Program-made: the position numbers and the translations under genes
In this document: piece after piece, positions 25,636 through 40,086 of the stretch
Position numbering within the stretch: the stretch's first letter is position 1
Layout: every line of letters begins with the position of its first letter
The notes under the pieces: generated by a model
Seen by the model: the letters and a program-made list of their open reading frames with translations, nothing else
Databases searched by the model: none
What the model was told of the DNA's origin: nothing
Assembly (NCBI GenBank): GCA_017499595.2
Contig: CM039005.1
Coordinates: 930,001 to 994,000, forward strand
Length of the DNA: 64,000 bases
Direction of reading: 5' to 3'
Source: Psilocybe cubensis
Taxonomy: Eukaryota

Positions 25636-26690
25636 CCATCCTAACCTTCTTCTTCTCACGTACAAGCATAGGCGGCCTCAGCGCTGTCGCATTGCCGCTC
25701 ACACTGGAGTACTCACACACTGACTACTCGACCCGCATTCAAATTCTGTTTTGCCTTGCTGATCTTTGTACTTATCGGATGCGATCGAAGAGCCGCGTGA
25801 TGGTGACAATATGCAAATGGGTACTTCGAACGAGTTGGAGTTGGGATAGGGACGAAGGTTAACATTCGAGGAGTCTGGGAGGTTTGCGGGTGCAGCAAGC
25901 AGTTGCGGTGGGATCTGAATCAGCGGAGTCAGACGGCCCGGATATGATGGTTTACCCGCCGGCGGGGGCCGGAGTCGCCTGCAATCCTCTTCCTGCCAAC
26001 AACTGCTCTGCTGCGCCACTCTTCTCACCACCACCACCCACACCCACATCGCAGAAGAATCAAAGAGAGGGGAAGGAGTCCCAGTAGCCTTTGCCATTCA
26101 CGCGCTCCCTATATGCGCATCCCGCGCTCAACAGCCTCGCTTCGAGCGCTTCGACTGTGGGCGTGCGCGCGCGTAGGGGCCATCTGGCTAACGCTGTTGC
26201 TGTCGATGCCTTTGCAGTATTGTGTTTCCACCTCGTTCTCCCCCACATACGCACACATGATCGCAGACCCAGAAGCACGCGCACTCGTCATTGATACCAC
26301 CACCCGCTCCAGCTCCAGCTCAACCTGCGACACGCCCGCAGAGCTTGACGCCGATTCCGAGCGCGAGCCGTTGTTGCATTGAGACTGCGTATTCATATGC
26401 ATATTCAGATGCGAATGGGCAACGGAAGAAGAATGGGAATGGGAATGCGAAGAAACAACAGGCGAGTCCAAGCGCGACACACTCGAATTCGACCTCGTCA
26501 GTCCCTCCTTCTCCCCATCCCCTTCTTCATCCCTATCCGCGGCGCCCTCAACACTATGCGCAGTGCTCACATCCGCTTCATGGCTTGACCGAGATCCGGA
26601 CGCGGACCCAGACCCTGAACACGCGCTCGCGCTAGCACTCGTACTCGTGGTGCTGATGGACGGCACTGTGTTCTCCGTAGAAGTCGCTGC
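25636..26690 (-). pseudogene. Frameshifted copy of the 3' tail of the 32731-37297 gene
   Basis: Translation EKEGLTRSNSSVSRL...MNTQSQCNNGSRSES...AGVSQVEL...ERVVVSMTSARAS and, in another frame, ARTPTVEALEARLLSAG are nearly identical to the parent. No 5' part of the gene is present. Confidence 0.8.
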
Positions 26691-27402
26691 GAGCACAGTC
26701 CACTACGAGTTTCCAACCACATTCAGAAGCTTTCCCTTCGCGAAGTACAGCTCCAATGATATTTCGTCGCGATTTACTTGAGTTGTGGCTGGAATGTGGA
26801 CATGTGCGTTGAGCCAAAGTTCAATACTAGTAATCAAGGCAAGAAGGTTCAACTCGGTGGCTTTCGGATCTGGAGAATCCCAATTCTTTTTTTGTTCCAT
26901 CTTAATCATGCCGCAGCACCAGTTCTTGATCATTACTCACGAATTTATGATAACTGCATGGGCGCCTGATATTCAATATTAGATGCAAACTCTCTCATAG
27001 TTAAGGAATCTGTCAACGAGATAAAATCAGAAATTTTCATATCCGTGAACAAATTGGGAAGGCTTTCGAGAGGGTGTGTACGGATCTGTACGGGTAGTAG
27101 TTTCAATCAACCATGCTTTACGAAAATGGGAGTCAGTGGGGTGGTGCAACAAAGTAATGAAAAACGGAAGAAAATTTACTACAAACAGAAGAATATCTGC
27201 GTATGACAGTCTAATCTTACAAGACTACCGCTCATCACGGTCTTGAAATAAAATTAACGACTAAAGTTCGGTGTCCAAGGTCACAAGGTTGTTTTTGATT
27301 GTTCATCAACTTTTTCACAACAAGCACTGCCTCTTCTTTGGACAACTATTTAATGAGTGCTTGGGAAGTCACATAGGACACTCCAACGACACACCTTTAA
27401 CC

Positions 27403-28746
27403 ATGCCAGTAACTTTCAAGGTTGCAAATCATGACGCAATGCCTATCAAGACTGCGACATACGGCCGCTGTAAGAATGCAAGTGACGTCCTGACTTCGTC
27501 CTGGGGGAGAAAATCTAATGCAAACCGCTTCGAAGAGCTACTGCAAAGCTCTTTCTCTTCTGATTTTGGTAACCTCGGACCGCAAGGAAACGGATTTGTA
27601 GACACAATTATACACGCCTACAATCAGCATCACCACCTTGTGCTTAGGTACGCCATAGCGATGCTATTTAGCTTTGCCACTGATCCAACTGGTGCTGGTA
27701 GGCCGGATGATGTGTGGATTGCAATTCTAGGACAGTTCAACTTCTAGTGAGTGTAAAATTTGAGCACACGTTGCGGTGCTGACACCTTGGCTAGCGTCAA
27801 CGCCAATGCGGAGCAATTGCGCTCACACTTCGTCGCACACGAAGGAAAGAAGGAACTCACCGTTAGCGCGGTAGGCGATCGATATACTGTCAATTTTGGT
27901 AGTCTTGCAAATCAGATGACTGAAAAAATCCATGAAAACGTTTGTAACGAGTCACACTTGATAAATGAACGAGATATTCATGATTATCAATTGCAGGTCG
28001 TCGACAAAACTTTAAAAGAATGGATACTTCCAGATTTTTCCACAACATCATTTAACGATGTGGTGGTGTGTGCAGTCCTTATGATGTCTACTTTGAAACA
28101 GTGAGTTTGCAACATTTTATGGATTCTTGATCAGAGAATTGAAGATGTTTGAAGATACTTTTCGTATCGCATGGAACTATTTTGTGGCATACCTTTAGTC
28201 ACTCTCGAAGGAGAGAAAGAAGATTGGGAGAAGCTATTGAATCGTCTGGACAAGTTGGCATCTTTTGGGCGCGAACCAGAAGCGTGGGGCGCGCTTTTGA
28301 GACCAATCTTGCGCCGATTTGTGTCCGCGTTTGATGGCAAACCAGATATTGACTTCTGGGCTAGAATCTGCCACGTTAAAAATTATGCGTCGGGAACTCC
28401 CATTCTTTCAGGGTGGATAACGGCCTTCTGTGTCTGGGGCAGCACTGGAAAATGGCAGGGCCCAAACATCGACAAGGTCTTGAGCCCCTCACCGGGTGAA
28501 GACAACACAAGACGCGGGAGGGACTTTCAACTTGTCCTGGATGGCGTGAGATATGGGAGCATAGGCCAAGACAAAATTCCAGTTGGATTTTGCGATGTCG
28601 ACGTAAAGCTAGACGACAATGGCGAGCTTTTTGACTGTATGATGGTATCGGGGCATGTGGCAGGACGTCTGCAGGGACCGGAACGCGACACATTGAGACC
28701 CGCTCCTGGTTGGTTCATGTTTATCAAACCCACAAATCCGGCATAA
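27403..28746 (+). CDS. DUF4419-family protein, 5 exons
   Basis: MPVTFKVA...NGFVDTIIHAYNQHHHLVLRPDDVWIAILGQFNFYVNANAEQLRSHFVAHEGKKEL...WILPDFSTT...CGIPLVTLEGEKEDWEKL...SGWITAFCVW, recognised as the DUF4419 pattern from memory. Confidence 0.82.
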
Positions 28747-30306
28747 ACGAGGTGCAGGCCGCAATGCATAAGGGAGGGGGCAGTAACATAAGTCAGCCGG
28801 GGGTCAGACGGATTGTCGAGTAACACTACTCGTTGTCAAACATGGAAGCAGAGATACTGTGACAATGCGAATGGATGGGGGGAACTGAGGTTGGCCTGTA
28901 TGTCATAAGTTAGTAGTCCTGCTTTTTAATGGAGCGCAAAACGCAAAATGCATCCCATTCCTTGGTTACTTCCCGTCCGCGTAAGATAATGATAAAAAAG
29001 AGAATTCCGTACTATTCTCATCCAGCAAACGGAGAACTGGGTGGTTTCTGCGCTAAACGAATAAGCGGGGGATGACAGACACAACAATGGCAGGACCGAT
29101 TTAGTTGTTCTTCAGTGCGTGGTGAAGACGTAGGGCGTAACCAGCGCGTCTGTAGCTTAAATAGTATGGCGGCGACGCGTGGGCGGCGGCAGACTGGCGG
29201 AAGAGGAGGTGGGAAGTGGTAGAGCAGTACCAGCACTGCCACCTCCTTACTTCATCATCCTCAGCTACTTTCACTTCTATCGTTACCTCTCCCATTCTCA
29301 CTTCGGACACGGTCACAGGATTCCGGTTCCCCGTGTTTTACTTGCTCAAAATCTGCACAATATCCTCCACCACCTCATCATCGTCATACTACAACGCACA
29401 CACACCGGCACCAAATTGAATGCCCTCAGCACGATCAAAGCCCCCACTGCACAGCCTTATTAGTATTTTACATGCCTTGCCTAATACCACCAACACTCAC
29501 CGACACGGCCCCGTATGTACGGGTAAAAGTGTCCCGGCGCCGCACGCCCATGGTCATCAAGTCCTTAGCCACCGCCTGTATAAGTAAGAGGAATAGGTCG
29601 AGAAAAACAAACATGAACCCCACACCATTGACAAACCTTTCATAATAGCTTGTAATTATATAGAATTTGCACAATTGGAGATCAAAAGCAGTGTTGAGGT
29701 CAAGGGTTGAACTCGAGGAAATGTGGCGGAGTTGGATAGTTGTAAAAATGGGTATTCAAGGAGTTTAACTCTTCCCCAAAATCTCGCGACCTGCGCCGAA
29801 CGTCGAGGAAGTACTCCATACGTGTGAAGTACTTATCGCATAGGACATTAGGTTAGAGCCATATACTAAAGCAAATATTGAAGATAACAAAAGTGTCCCG
29901 ATTTGATGCCTAGGATGCACCACATCGAGACGTTTTTTTTTTTATTTTAAGAAGTAAAGATCACACATTGGGAGGAGTGGAACGATGCCAAGGCATTTTC
30001 ACGACACCTAAGTTCCCATGCAACTTTAAAATTCTGAAATTATAGCATCACTTTAACCCTGAATACGGTGTGTCGACAGCAATGATTGACAGTTGAAGAG
30101 GGAGAAAAAAGTTAAACTGAACTTGGTGGAGTTTTGGTAAACAAAAACAGGACAATCTAGTAAGATTCAGCAAAGCGTTTCTGGAATTACGTCCTAATTA
30201 TAGTAAACTTTGTGGGTAGTATGATATAAAAGGTGTCTGGCTTGACGAACTGTTTTGTCGGTATAAAATCAACCAGTACTACAACCTATTCAATAGTTCA
30301 TTAAAC

Positions 30307-31507
30307 ATGACTACGATCCCGCGCTTGGAATTTCACGAAGACAAATCTTTGGCAGATATCAAAATGGTCTGTGCAGACTTTATCATGAAAATCGGATACT
30401 CGCCACTGTCTTCAATTGGAGAAGATAACGTAACATACAACACAATTTTATCTGAGTTTGCATCGTTCAACATGGAAGAAAAGTTGTTTCGCAAAATATG
30501 CCTTGAAGCATCCACAATAGCAGAGGTGTGAAGCTTTCCATCTTGCAAGCTATCAGTGACTATCTGACCGATCCATCTCTATACAAGCTTTGCTACAGCG
30601 GTACATCAGCGGAGGTTAGAGTATTTATTGCTCGATATTCATGGTAAATGGCACTTTACATCAATCCCATCCAATCTGAATGACTCGAACCTCGCATAAT
30701 CATCCAGGTATTTTCTGTACATTGACGACTATTGTCAAAGACATACGGATCGCCTGGCTACATTTCAGCAGGGAGTCTTTAGCTATATGATTTCCGAGGA
30801 CAAGGTTCTGAACGACCTGCGTCGTTGCTTAGCAGACGCCTATCGTTTATGGGACGATATACCCGCAAACGGAATTACAGTTTCAGGGCTAGAATCTGTG
30901 AATGGGTGCTTGATCGAGAAATTGCTCTGTGGCATGCCCATTTCCCCAGACGCAGGCCGTTGGCCAGACTTTCTTCGCCTCAAAACGGGGGCGGGGCACG
31001 CGTATGCATATATGATATTCCCCAAAGAGCTCGGAGTCGAAGTTGCAACGTATATTCAGGCCGTGGACGACATAGCCCTCTTCATTTGTTTAACCAACAA
31101 TATTCTCTCGTGAGTAGCTACAGTGGCCCTATCTCTCTCATCCCTGCCCCCCGATCCTCATCTTTTATGTGCATATGATGTACTGTTAGGTTTTATAAAG
31201 AAGAACTTGCAGGAGAGACAGGCAATTATATACATCTTCGAGCAACTGTAACCCACAAGTGTCCTCTGGACGCTTTGAAAGACACAGTCAAAGACACTTT
31301 GGACGCTCACGAGAGGATACTCAAAGTACTCGCAAACACACCGGCCTACGAACCGTTCAAAGAATTTGTCAACGGGTCCATGTACGTACAAGGAATTCTC
31401 ATTTCCGAGTCGCAGAATATTGATCATGTTCTTTTTTTTTTTTTTCACGATGAAGGGGACTCCACCATGTGCTGAGCCGCTATCTCTTAGCCGACCTCAG
31501 ACTTTAA
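30307..31507 (+). CDS. Trichodiene-synthase-like (TRI5/Cop6 clade) sesquiterpene cyclase, copy A, 5 exons
   Basis: YFLYIDDYC (Asp-rich motif), WPDFLRLKTG, variant NSE motif TNNILSFYKEELAGE, and C-terminal HHVLSRYLLADLRL*. Confidence 0.88.
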
Positions 31508-34095
31508 ATTCATCAAAATAGATTGAAATAGTGGGGACACAATTATTTGAAGAACACACACCTTCTCATCAATGGAAATGCAAAAAGTAAGAGTTGAAAC
31601 AAAAACAAGTTAGTTGTAACACCAAACAGTTGAATCAGCATTTACAACCCACATCCACAACGTACACACTGTATTAAATTAACGGACGTCTGTAAAAAAA
31701 TTTCACAAGAACCGACCAAATTTCGACGATTCAAATGTAGGCATTATGGCGTCGTTGTGGTGACCCTGCTATCTGTCCGATCATTACTGTGGTAAGGTGG
31801 CACCTTACAGTCGTACAATTGAATGAATCCATTCTGTAAATGTGAAATCACAGTTAGAAAATCAAGGACTTGTACCGCCGTACGAAGTGACGGCCTTCAA
31901 CTCAAGTGGATAGCTGAAGATGCCATGGCATATATAGTATATGCCCATCGACACGAATCGCATTTGTGGCATTCGGCTCACATATGAACATATGTGCCTC
32001 ATTGTGTGGGTTCTCTGCTCATCATACTCATGAACTTCAAACATTCACGGTTGACAAAGTGAATATTCAACTCAGACAGGATCCGTTCCTTGTTCCTTTT
32101 CCGACGACCGTCCATTTTCTTCTTAGCAATTTGAGTCTAAAAACCCGCAGCGCACATGAACAATGATAAAAGTCTAAAACGCCCAACATCAGACTGATAA
32201 ATTATAATCCAACCGTAGATCGATGAATCCTTTTTGCAAGATTTGCAGTGTGCACCAATCGCTTCCCGTTCTCGTCTTTGTATCCAGTGTTGCAAAAGAG
32301 AATCCTTTAAAATTATAATTGTATCAAACACATATGAGATCGTCATTCATCATCATCATTCTTCATTCAAGGTAAATCGTATATATCGCCCGGCATTGGC
32401 ATTGGCATTGGTATTCGTTATTCGTATCCATCGTGATTGTCATAGAACTTGAAATAATAGAATGGCATAAACAGTCTCGTCTAGCAAGTAGTGATAGTAG
32501 TGATAGTAGTGATAGTAGTAGTAGGGAATTGTAAGTTCGAGTTCGAATCTTTCGTCCGTTATCATATCAGAATCGGAGAAGGAGAATAAGAAGACCAAGA
32601 AAGAGAAAAGAATAGAAATCCCAATAAATACCGAACCAAGAAAAATCAAGAAAATCAAGAACCAAAGAAACGAGGGGGAGGGAGGGAGACTCGATCGAAC
32701 GCGGACAGTGTCAGTCAGAGAGAGCAAGGCTCACACCACCGCCGCTGCATCCTTCTTGCCCGTCTCCTTGCCTGTACCCCCGCCAACAGCCTGCACGCGC
32801 CTCAACGCGCTCCCAACCAGCACACCAACTTTCAAACTGTCCCTTCTACCCACCCTCTCCCTCTCCTTCACCTTCACCGTCTCCCGCTTCCCTACACCTG
32901 TACTTGCGCCTTCAGCTTCAACTTCACTCTCGCTCTCACCCACCACATCCCCATCCCCATCCACCTCTTTCCCCTTGCCCTTGCCCTTCCCCTTCCCCTT
33001 ACGCCCAAGCACAACCATCCCCATCCCCATCCCAGTCCCAGCCTTCGTCTGCTCACGCACCAACCCAGCCGGCCTCACCACCGTCGCCGTAACACTACTA
33101 ACCGTATTCAGCCCCGCATTCAGCCCCATCCTCGCCTTCCCAATCTTCACGCTCAACCGCGAGCGCAACGACGAGCTGCGCGAGGGTGTGATCGTGTCGG
33201 TTGGGACTGTGAGTGAGTTTGGGTCTTGGTTTTGGTCTTGGCCTTGCTTTTGGTTATGGGATGGGGAAGGATTAGCGCCCAACAAGTCGACAGCGCGTGC
33301 ACCGGAGTCCGCCGGCCCGGACACGATAGTCACCGGGACCGCGATACCCGACGACGACGCGGTGTTCTTCTCACTCTCATCACCCACACCTACACCAGGA
33401 GAAGGAGGAGGAGGCCCCGTAGCCTTCGCAACCCACGCGCTCCCCACACCCGCATCGTTCCCGGCGCTCAACAACCTCTTTTCGAGTGCTTCGACGGACG
33501 GCGTGCGTGCTGCTGCGGAGGAGGGGGTCCGGACTAGCGATGTCGGTGTTGCTGTCTTCGTGGTCGTTTCTGCCGTCGTTGCGGTTGTTGCTGTCGCAGT
33601 AGTAGACGCCTCCGCAGGCGAAGAAGAAGGAGAAGAAGGAGAAGAAGAAGAAACAACCACCACGCGGGGCGGCACAGCAATCACACTCGCGCGCGCACTC
33701 GTCATCGACACCACCACCCTCTCATCCTGCGCGTGCACCTGCAGTTCAACCTGCGACACGCCCGCCGAGCTCGACGCCAATTCCGATTCCGAGCGAGAGC
33801 CGTTGTTGCATTGAGACTGCGTATTCATATGCACATGGGCATGGGCATGGGAAGACGAATGGGAATGCGAAGAATCAACAGGCGAGCCCATTGACAAGCG
33901 CGACACACTCGAATTCGACCTCGTAAGTCCCTCCTTCTCCCCATCCCTATCCACGCACGGTGCGCCTTCAACGCTATGCGCAGCGCTCACATCCGCTTCA
34001 TGGCTCGAACCCGAATTCGACCCGGACCCTGAACACGCGCTCGTACTCGTACTCGTGCTCGAGCGCTGGCTTCGCGGCGGGGTAAGTAGCCCGAG
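30970..34095. repeat. Left arm of an inverted segmental duplication (partner 59490-64000, which continues past the window end)
   Basis: The reverse complement of 63442-64000 is nearly identical to 30970-31507. 62928-63441 matches 31508-32036, 61290-61516 matches 32037-32230, and 59490-61140 matches ~32430-34095. Confidence 0.9.
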
Positions 34096-37000
34096 ATCCA
34101 AAACGACCGGTTCAGCTTCCACTTCCTTCTCCTTTTCCTGGTCTTTCTCATTCTGCGTTTCATTTTCCTTGGTTGTGGACACGTCGGTGCTCCCATGGAC
34201 GTCAACGGGAGCGCTAACTTTCGCATTCGCATTCGTGCCCGCCGTTGCCTTCGCTTCACCTGCAGTCACAGTAGCGACAGCCCCCTTCCTCCGCACCGTC
34301 GTCCGCCTCCTCACAACCTCCACAACCTCCTCCACCACCTCTTCCTCCTCACCTTCCTCTCCACCAACACCACCCACCACCGACACCGATCCAACAGGCA
34401 CAACCGGCGGCACACCAACAACCTCCACATCCCCCGGCCCAACCCACGCACGCCCACACCCAACCGCATCGCTATTATCCCACTTTCTCCCTTGTTTCAA
34501 CGCACGAGTACCATTTAGATTCCCCAGCGCAGCGCGTACGTGGTCGTCTACCTCCTCCACAGCGCCACTGGTATGGTAGGAAGAATACGAGAAATCAGCG
34601 TCGAGGTCTAACGCGCCTAGCAGCACCGCCTCGCCGAGTGTAGGAAAGCGCGCGCGGTGGATACGGCGTTTGCGCGTGCGCGTGCGGGTTATTGTGCGCG
34701 GGTGCACTTGAGCGTCGGGGTCGTCGATGTTCTCCTCCTCATCCTCCTCGTCGTCGTTGTTGGCATTGATTTGGTCATCGTCGTCGTCATCGAACATACC
34801 CAACCAACTCCTCCTCTGTCTCCCCTCCACATCCACCTCCTTGCCCTTCCCCTTCTCATCGCCACTCCGACTCAACACCCTCCCAAACATACCCGGCGCA
34901 ACAAGATACGGCACCGCTCTCCCCTGCATCCTCCCCATCTCCCCTCCCCCTCCTCCCTCTCCCCATCCTGCTCCTCCCCCCATCCCCTGGCTAAGCAAGC
35001 TGGAGAGATGGCCCTGCCCCTGTCCAGGCATGGGCATGTGCATAGCCATATGCGGCGGCATATGCGGTGCGGGGGGTGCGCCCCATGAGACGGGGCGCGT
35101 GTTGATGCTGTTTATACCCTGTCTGAACGACGAGGGCGGGCCTGAGGCGGGGCCGCGTCGGGTTTGTGGTCTCGAGTTCGAGTGAGAGTGAGAGGGGGAT
35201 GATGCGGATGCGGATAGTGATGACGAGGATCTAGAGTGCGAGGGCGAGGAAGATGGGGAGGAGGAAGAGGAAGAGGAAGAGGATGGAGAGACGGGGTACG
35301 CGAAGCTTAATAGGAACTGCTCGATTCCCTGCACAAGCCTCGGTTTCTTCGCATTCCCATTCACACCCCCATGTCCATGTCCATTCGCATTCCCCCTCCC
35401 ATTCGCACCGTGTCCACTACCCGACGACGGATAAGGATTCGTATAAGCCCTCCCCCTCCCATGCGGCGGCAACGACGTGCAAAGCGACGACGAAGACGAA
35501 GACGTAGATGATGTGGCGAGCGGCGACGTTGCAGGTGCGCATGGCGCAGGACGCCAGTCCGCCGCGAGCACGTGCACGATATGCGCGTTTTGCGGTCGTG
35601 TCCTCGTTCGCGTCCTCGTTCGCGTTCCCTGGTGCTGCTGCTGAGAGTGTCTCCGACGCGTGGCGGTATCCCGTCTCACAACACCCATCTCCATCTCCAC
35701 ATCCAAATCCGCCGTTGCCCCCGTCCCCGTCCCCGTCCCAGCACCAAAGCCCGACAACGACAACGTCCCAGCGACAGACGCCGGGCGCGCAGTAACAGCC
35801 GCAAAAAGCGTCGAAATGCGCTTCGAAAGACTGCGGCGGCGCGTCATTTTAGCAGACGACGGCTGGGCTTTGTAGTCGTCCGCTAGCGCGAGTGTGAGTG
35901 TGAGGTCTTCGGATGAGAGCTCGCGCGCGGGTGTGGTGAGTGCTGTTGATGCGAGACTTGGGAGAGCTGGCGTTGACGCGCGCGAATCGTCGTTTTCTGA
36001 CGGGGGCGTTGATAGCGGGGAGTGCGAGGGGGAGTGGGAAGGCGAGGCAAAGGCGGTGGCGTCCGGAATGGAAATGGACGTAGAATTATGAGAAGAAGAG
36101 GATGAGGACGAGCCTAGTACGAAAGAGGAGAAGCGGCGGTGATGGTGCCGCTGTCGCGCGGTGGTGCTGATCTGCGCTTTGGGGGGAGCTGCGAGAGAAG
36201 CAGAGGTTGAGCCTGATGCTGATGCGGATAGCGAACACGAGGACGAGGTGCGTGTGGGTGGCGCGGAGTCCGCGGGGAGATGGCTGAGGGACAGTCTAGG
36301 TGGCGTTGCGGACGATATGGAGTGGACAGGTGCGGGTACAGACCCGCGGCGCTGGTAGTGGTATGCGGCGCCCGACTCGGGTGCGGCGCCGTGTGGGAGG
36401 GCGAGGTACTGTGCGCTGAGAGTGGTGAGCAAGATGGCGTGCTTGAAGAGCGCCTTTTCAGGCACGTTGCCGCCTGGGAGGAAGTTGACGATGGCGTCGA
36501 ATGCGCGCTGCTGTGCGGCGGACGCCGAGGCGGGGACGCTCGCTGGGGTGGTGGTGTAGTTCGCCAGGGACTGGGTCAGCTGGGAGAGGGTTGCGGCCAT
36601 TATGGAGCGCGGACGGCCGTTTTGGGATGAGGTTGTACTGTTCGATTCGGACGAGGCGATGGACACGACGCTGTTCCTGCGCGAGGACGCGGTGGATCCA
36701 GGCAGCGAGAGGGAGAGAGACTCGGAGAGCAATGAGAGGCGGTTCTTGATCGCCTCGGCCGTGGTGCGCTTCGCAGAGGAGATGGACGGGGCGGGCGAGG
36801 GGTACCTGCCCTCGGCGTCTGGCGGGGCGGTGGGGGTGAACTCGCCCATGGGGTCCTCGGCGAGGTGGAGGATGCGGGGTGGGGAGAGGGTGTTGCGCCA
36901 GGCGGCTGCTACGCGCTGGGCACGCTCGAAGAGCCCGACGAGGCGCAGGGCACCGGTGTCATGCACGTGTAGCGGTGCGGCGAGGCGGAGGATGCGGATC

Positions 37001-37297
37001 GCGGGGCCGCGGTGTTGGGCATCAGGGGGCAGCGGGACAGGGGTGTGTGTGGCGATGAGCACGAGTGAGGTGGCCAGCAGCGGCGAGTTGAGGAGTGGGG
37101 CGAGGTCAGTGGGGGTGGGCTCTGCAAGAACTTGTCAGCGGGCGAGACTGCGAAGAGGGGGACAACGTACCTCCGAGGATGAAGATGACCTGGGGCGGGG
37201 AGGGCTGGAGATCTGCGGGAATCCGCCATGGAGTGTTATGCTGTATATTCGCAAAGGGGTCGATGGGCAGACGGGGGCGAAAGACGTCGGAGGGCAT
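32731..37297 (-). CDS. Large (~1505 aa) hypothetical protein with a small ordered N-terminus and a long Ser/Pro/Gly-rich low-complexity body
   Basis: Exon 1 (37297-37171, MPSDVFRPRLPIDPF...QVIFILG) joins in frame through a 49-bp GT-AG intron (37170-37122) to a 4.4-kb stop-free exon that contains the 1443-aa ORF. Confidence 0.8.
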
Positions 37298-38899
37298 CAG
37301 ATTGAGAAAAGGAGAGCGAGCAGACTCTCTGTCCACCAACCCGCAATTCCTCGTCCCTAATTAAATAAATTCCACTGTTCTTCCCTTGTGTCGTCATACC
37401 GCGCAGATCACACCTCCCCTCTCCCGATATGGAAGCTGGACCCCCCTGTGCGTCTGCCCAGCCAGTGGCGCACTGCCTAATTCGGCCCGTCCGAGCATAC
37501 ACCCGCGTCATCCATCTCCTCATCGCTCTCCTCCTCAATGTGATGTCCTCGTCCTCGTCCTCGTCGTCGCTATCTACACCAATCCTCTGTGCATCGGGAT
37601 ACACTGGGTACCCCGGGCGCACTCGGGTGTACTTCCCCGGGCGTGCACGCGCCTTCTCCCGTCTAGTGCACTTGCCTCCCCCTTAATTAGTTTCATTAAC
37701 AATCCCCCCCTCAGAGAACACTTACGGCCACCCTCCAACACCCCCAATTCCACGCCGCCAGACTCCAGTCCGCCACAGTCAAACATCTCATTTCCCACCC
37801 ACAAAAGAACCTCTGTCGTCTCTTTTTCTTTATTCTTTCGTTTGTTTCCTTGCCCCCCTTCTCCCTTCTCCTTCTAACGTCGTGTTGCTATTTTTGGGAT
37901 GCCTGCCTGCCTGTCGATGACAGCCCCGATTGACATAAACCACTTGCCTTGGGCTTGGCATCGCTGTCTATACCCTTATACTTGATCTTCCCACCCACAC
38001 CACCCTTCCAGTGGGTCTCGACGCTCGGTGCGACGTGCGTACTCGACACGAACAGCCTCCCGGCTACCATCCCCATCCCCTCGCCTACACCCACACCCAC
38101 GCTTACCCGTCCTGACTTAAACTGCATAAAGCAACTCCCACTCGCCTCCTCTGGTAACCTCCATCCGTGCCTTGTCAAAAATTCCAAAACGCTCTCCGTC
38201 TCCCTTGATAGAAAATAAAACAAGATACGGAAAACATAACAAATAACATAACATACCTTCTTCTTCTTCTTCTCCCCCGCTCTATCTGCGCACGCTGCGC
38301 TACCACCATCGACACTCGACACTCGACAATCCAGCATCATTGGCATTGGCGTTGGCATTATCATTATCATTTCGTTCGCGCGAGTCAGTCCAACCTGCAA
38401 TCTCTCAATCTCGCAATGTATCCCTGGGCTCCTGGTACGGTACATACAGATAATCAAGCAAACCAGCAAGCAAGTAACCAAGTAAGTAGGGTACTTCGTT
38501 CCACCATCGACATTACATACCCCCCTCCTCTCCTCTCCCCTCCCAGACCCATCACCTCGTCACCTCGTCACCCCGCCCGCCATCATCACTCATCGACATT
38601 CTCTGTCTAGCTCAGATCAAAATCATCAGACTCAGATATCCGATGTCGTATCCCTTTCCTTTCCTTTCGCGCGTTGGAACTCGCAAACTCGCAAACTCGC
38701 GGCACCGCACCCGCAACCGCGTCCGCCTGTACGAAACTGTACCTGTACGTGCTTGCGGCTCCCTAGTAGGGCCCTTTGCTTCTTGCTTCTTCCTCTCACC
38801 TCGTCAAGTCAACGTCTTGTCTCGTCTCGTCCCCCATCCCGGGTCGAGTCGAGTGACTCGAGTCCCCACCGCCACGTCCGAAGGGGCTGTAAAGTCGCC

Positions 38900-40086
38900 A
38901 ATGGCATCTATTATCTATTATCTATTATCTATTATCTCAGACCTTGCAAATTGCAACTTGTACCTTGAAATTGTGTCTATTGTGTCTATTGTCTAACCTG
39001 CGGCTGTCTTTTTTCGTGGCTTGTGGCTTGTGGCTTGTGGCTTGTGGATTGTGGATTGTGGATTGTGTTCTGTGGTCTATTCTCTATCCTCTGCTCTCGA
39101 CCTATCCTCTGTTCACAACCCACCCACCCCCCCTTCCACCCCCCCTCTCTTCCTCCCCCTCATCCAATGCCGTACGTCGTACGTATAACATCTCCAAGTA
39201 CATCGCCGCTGTCGAGATATCTATTTGTACCACACCGAAACCGAAACCGAAACCGAAACCGAAATCGCGGTGTGGCGTAATCCATCCCACTCTCACCTTC
39301 ATCTCGCGGTTTCCTCGTTCTTGAGATTCCGAGTCGTAATGCTCTCGAGACTACGAGTCGTAGTGCTCTCGTCATCGTCACCGTCACCTGTGTCTTCGAG
39401 TCATCCGAGTCATCTGTTCATCCTATCCATCTATCTAGTATCCTCATCGTCGTCCTCCTCATCCTCCTCCTCATCTTCTTCTTCTTTTTCTTCATTGGCA
39501 TTACTAGCACTGGCAGCATCACCATTAGCTTAGCAGCAGCATTCGCATTGTCATTGTCATTGTTTCATCCCATGCTACATAAACTTATGCTATGCTATAA
39601 TATCGCTATCGCTATCGCTATCTTACCGTAACCGTAACCGTAACCGTCATTACAGTAAACCCTTTGCAACCCTGTGGAACCTTATAGAAACGGAACTATG
39701 AAATCTGCGTGCGATACGTAGGCCAAGTCTGCCCTACCTGAGGAGATCTTGATGACTACAGTACGCAGTTATGCAAAGGAGATTCATTAAGCTTGGGCTT
39801 GGGCTTGGGCTTGGGATGGGATGGGATGGATGGGATGGGACGATGGAGGGAGGGAGGGAGGGGTGGACGTCATATTACATTAGATTACATTTACATTCCA
39901 TTTCGTTATATTACACCTTGTTATATTTGCTTCACGCTACTGTACTACATTACACTACACTTCTCCTTCTTCCTTCTTCCTTCCATCTTCCTTGCTCTTG
40001 CTACATGCCACTTGTTACTTGTTACTTGTTACCTGCTACTTGTCAAAATACCTCACATTATCTTATAATACATTACATTACATTAC
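38900..40086. repeat. Microsatellite-dense intergenic tract
   Basis: (GTGGCTT)n, (GTGGATT)n, (AAACCG)n, (CGCTAT)n, (CCGTAA)n, (CTTGGG)n, (ATGGG)n, (TTACTTG)n and (TTACA)n. The same character continues at 48173-49110. Confidence 0.75.

Noticed and set aside
30970-32040. RIP-like or CpG hypermutation between the duplicated arms
   Set aside because: The NSE change is a CpG transition, but the other differences are mixed transitions, transversions and indels, and the retroelement is unmutated.
32708-33814. 368-aa plus-strand ORF, and similar ORFs at 34055-37360 (+) and 59837-61010 (-)
   Set aside because: Antisense shadows of a GC-rich low-complexity coding strand, with no independent domain signal.
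39625-39830. (CCGTAA)n and (CTTGGG)n as interstitial telomere repeats
   Set aside because: They are not TTAGGG, have only 3-4 units, and sit among many unrelated microsatellites.
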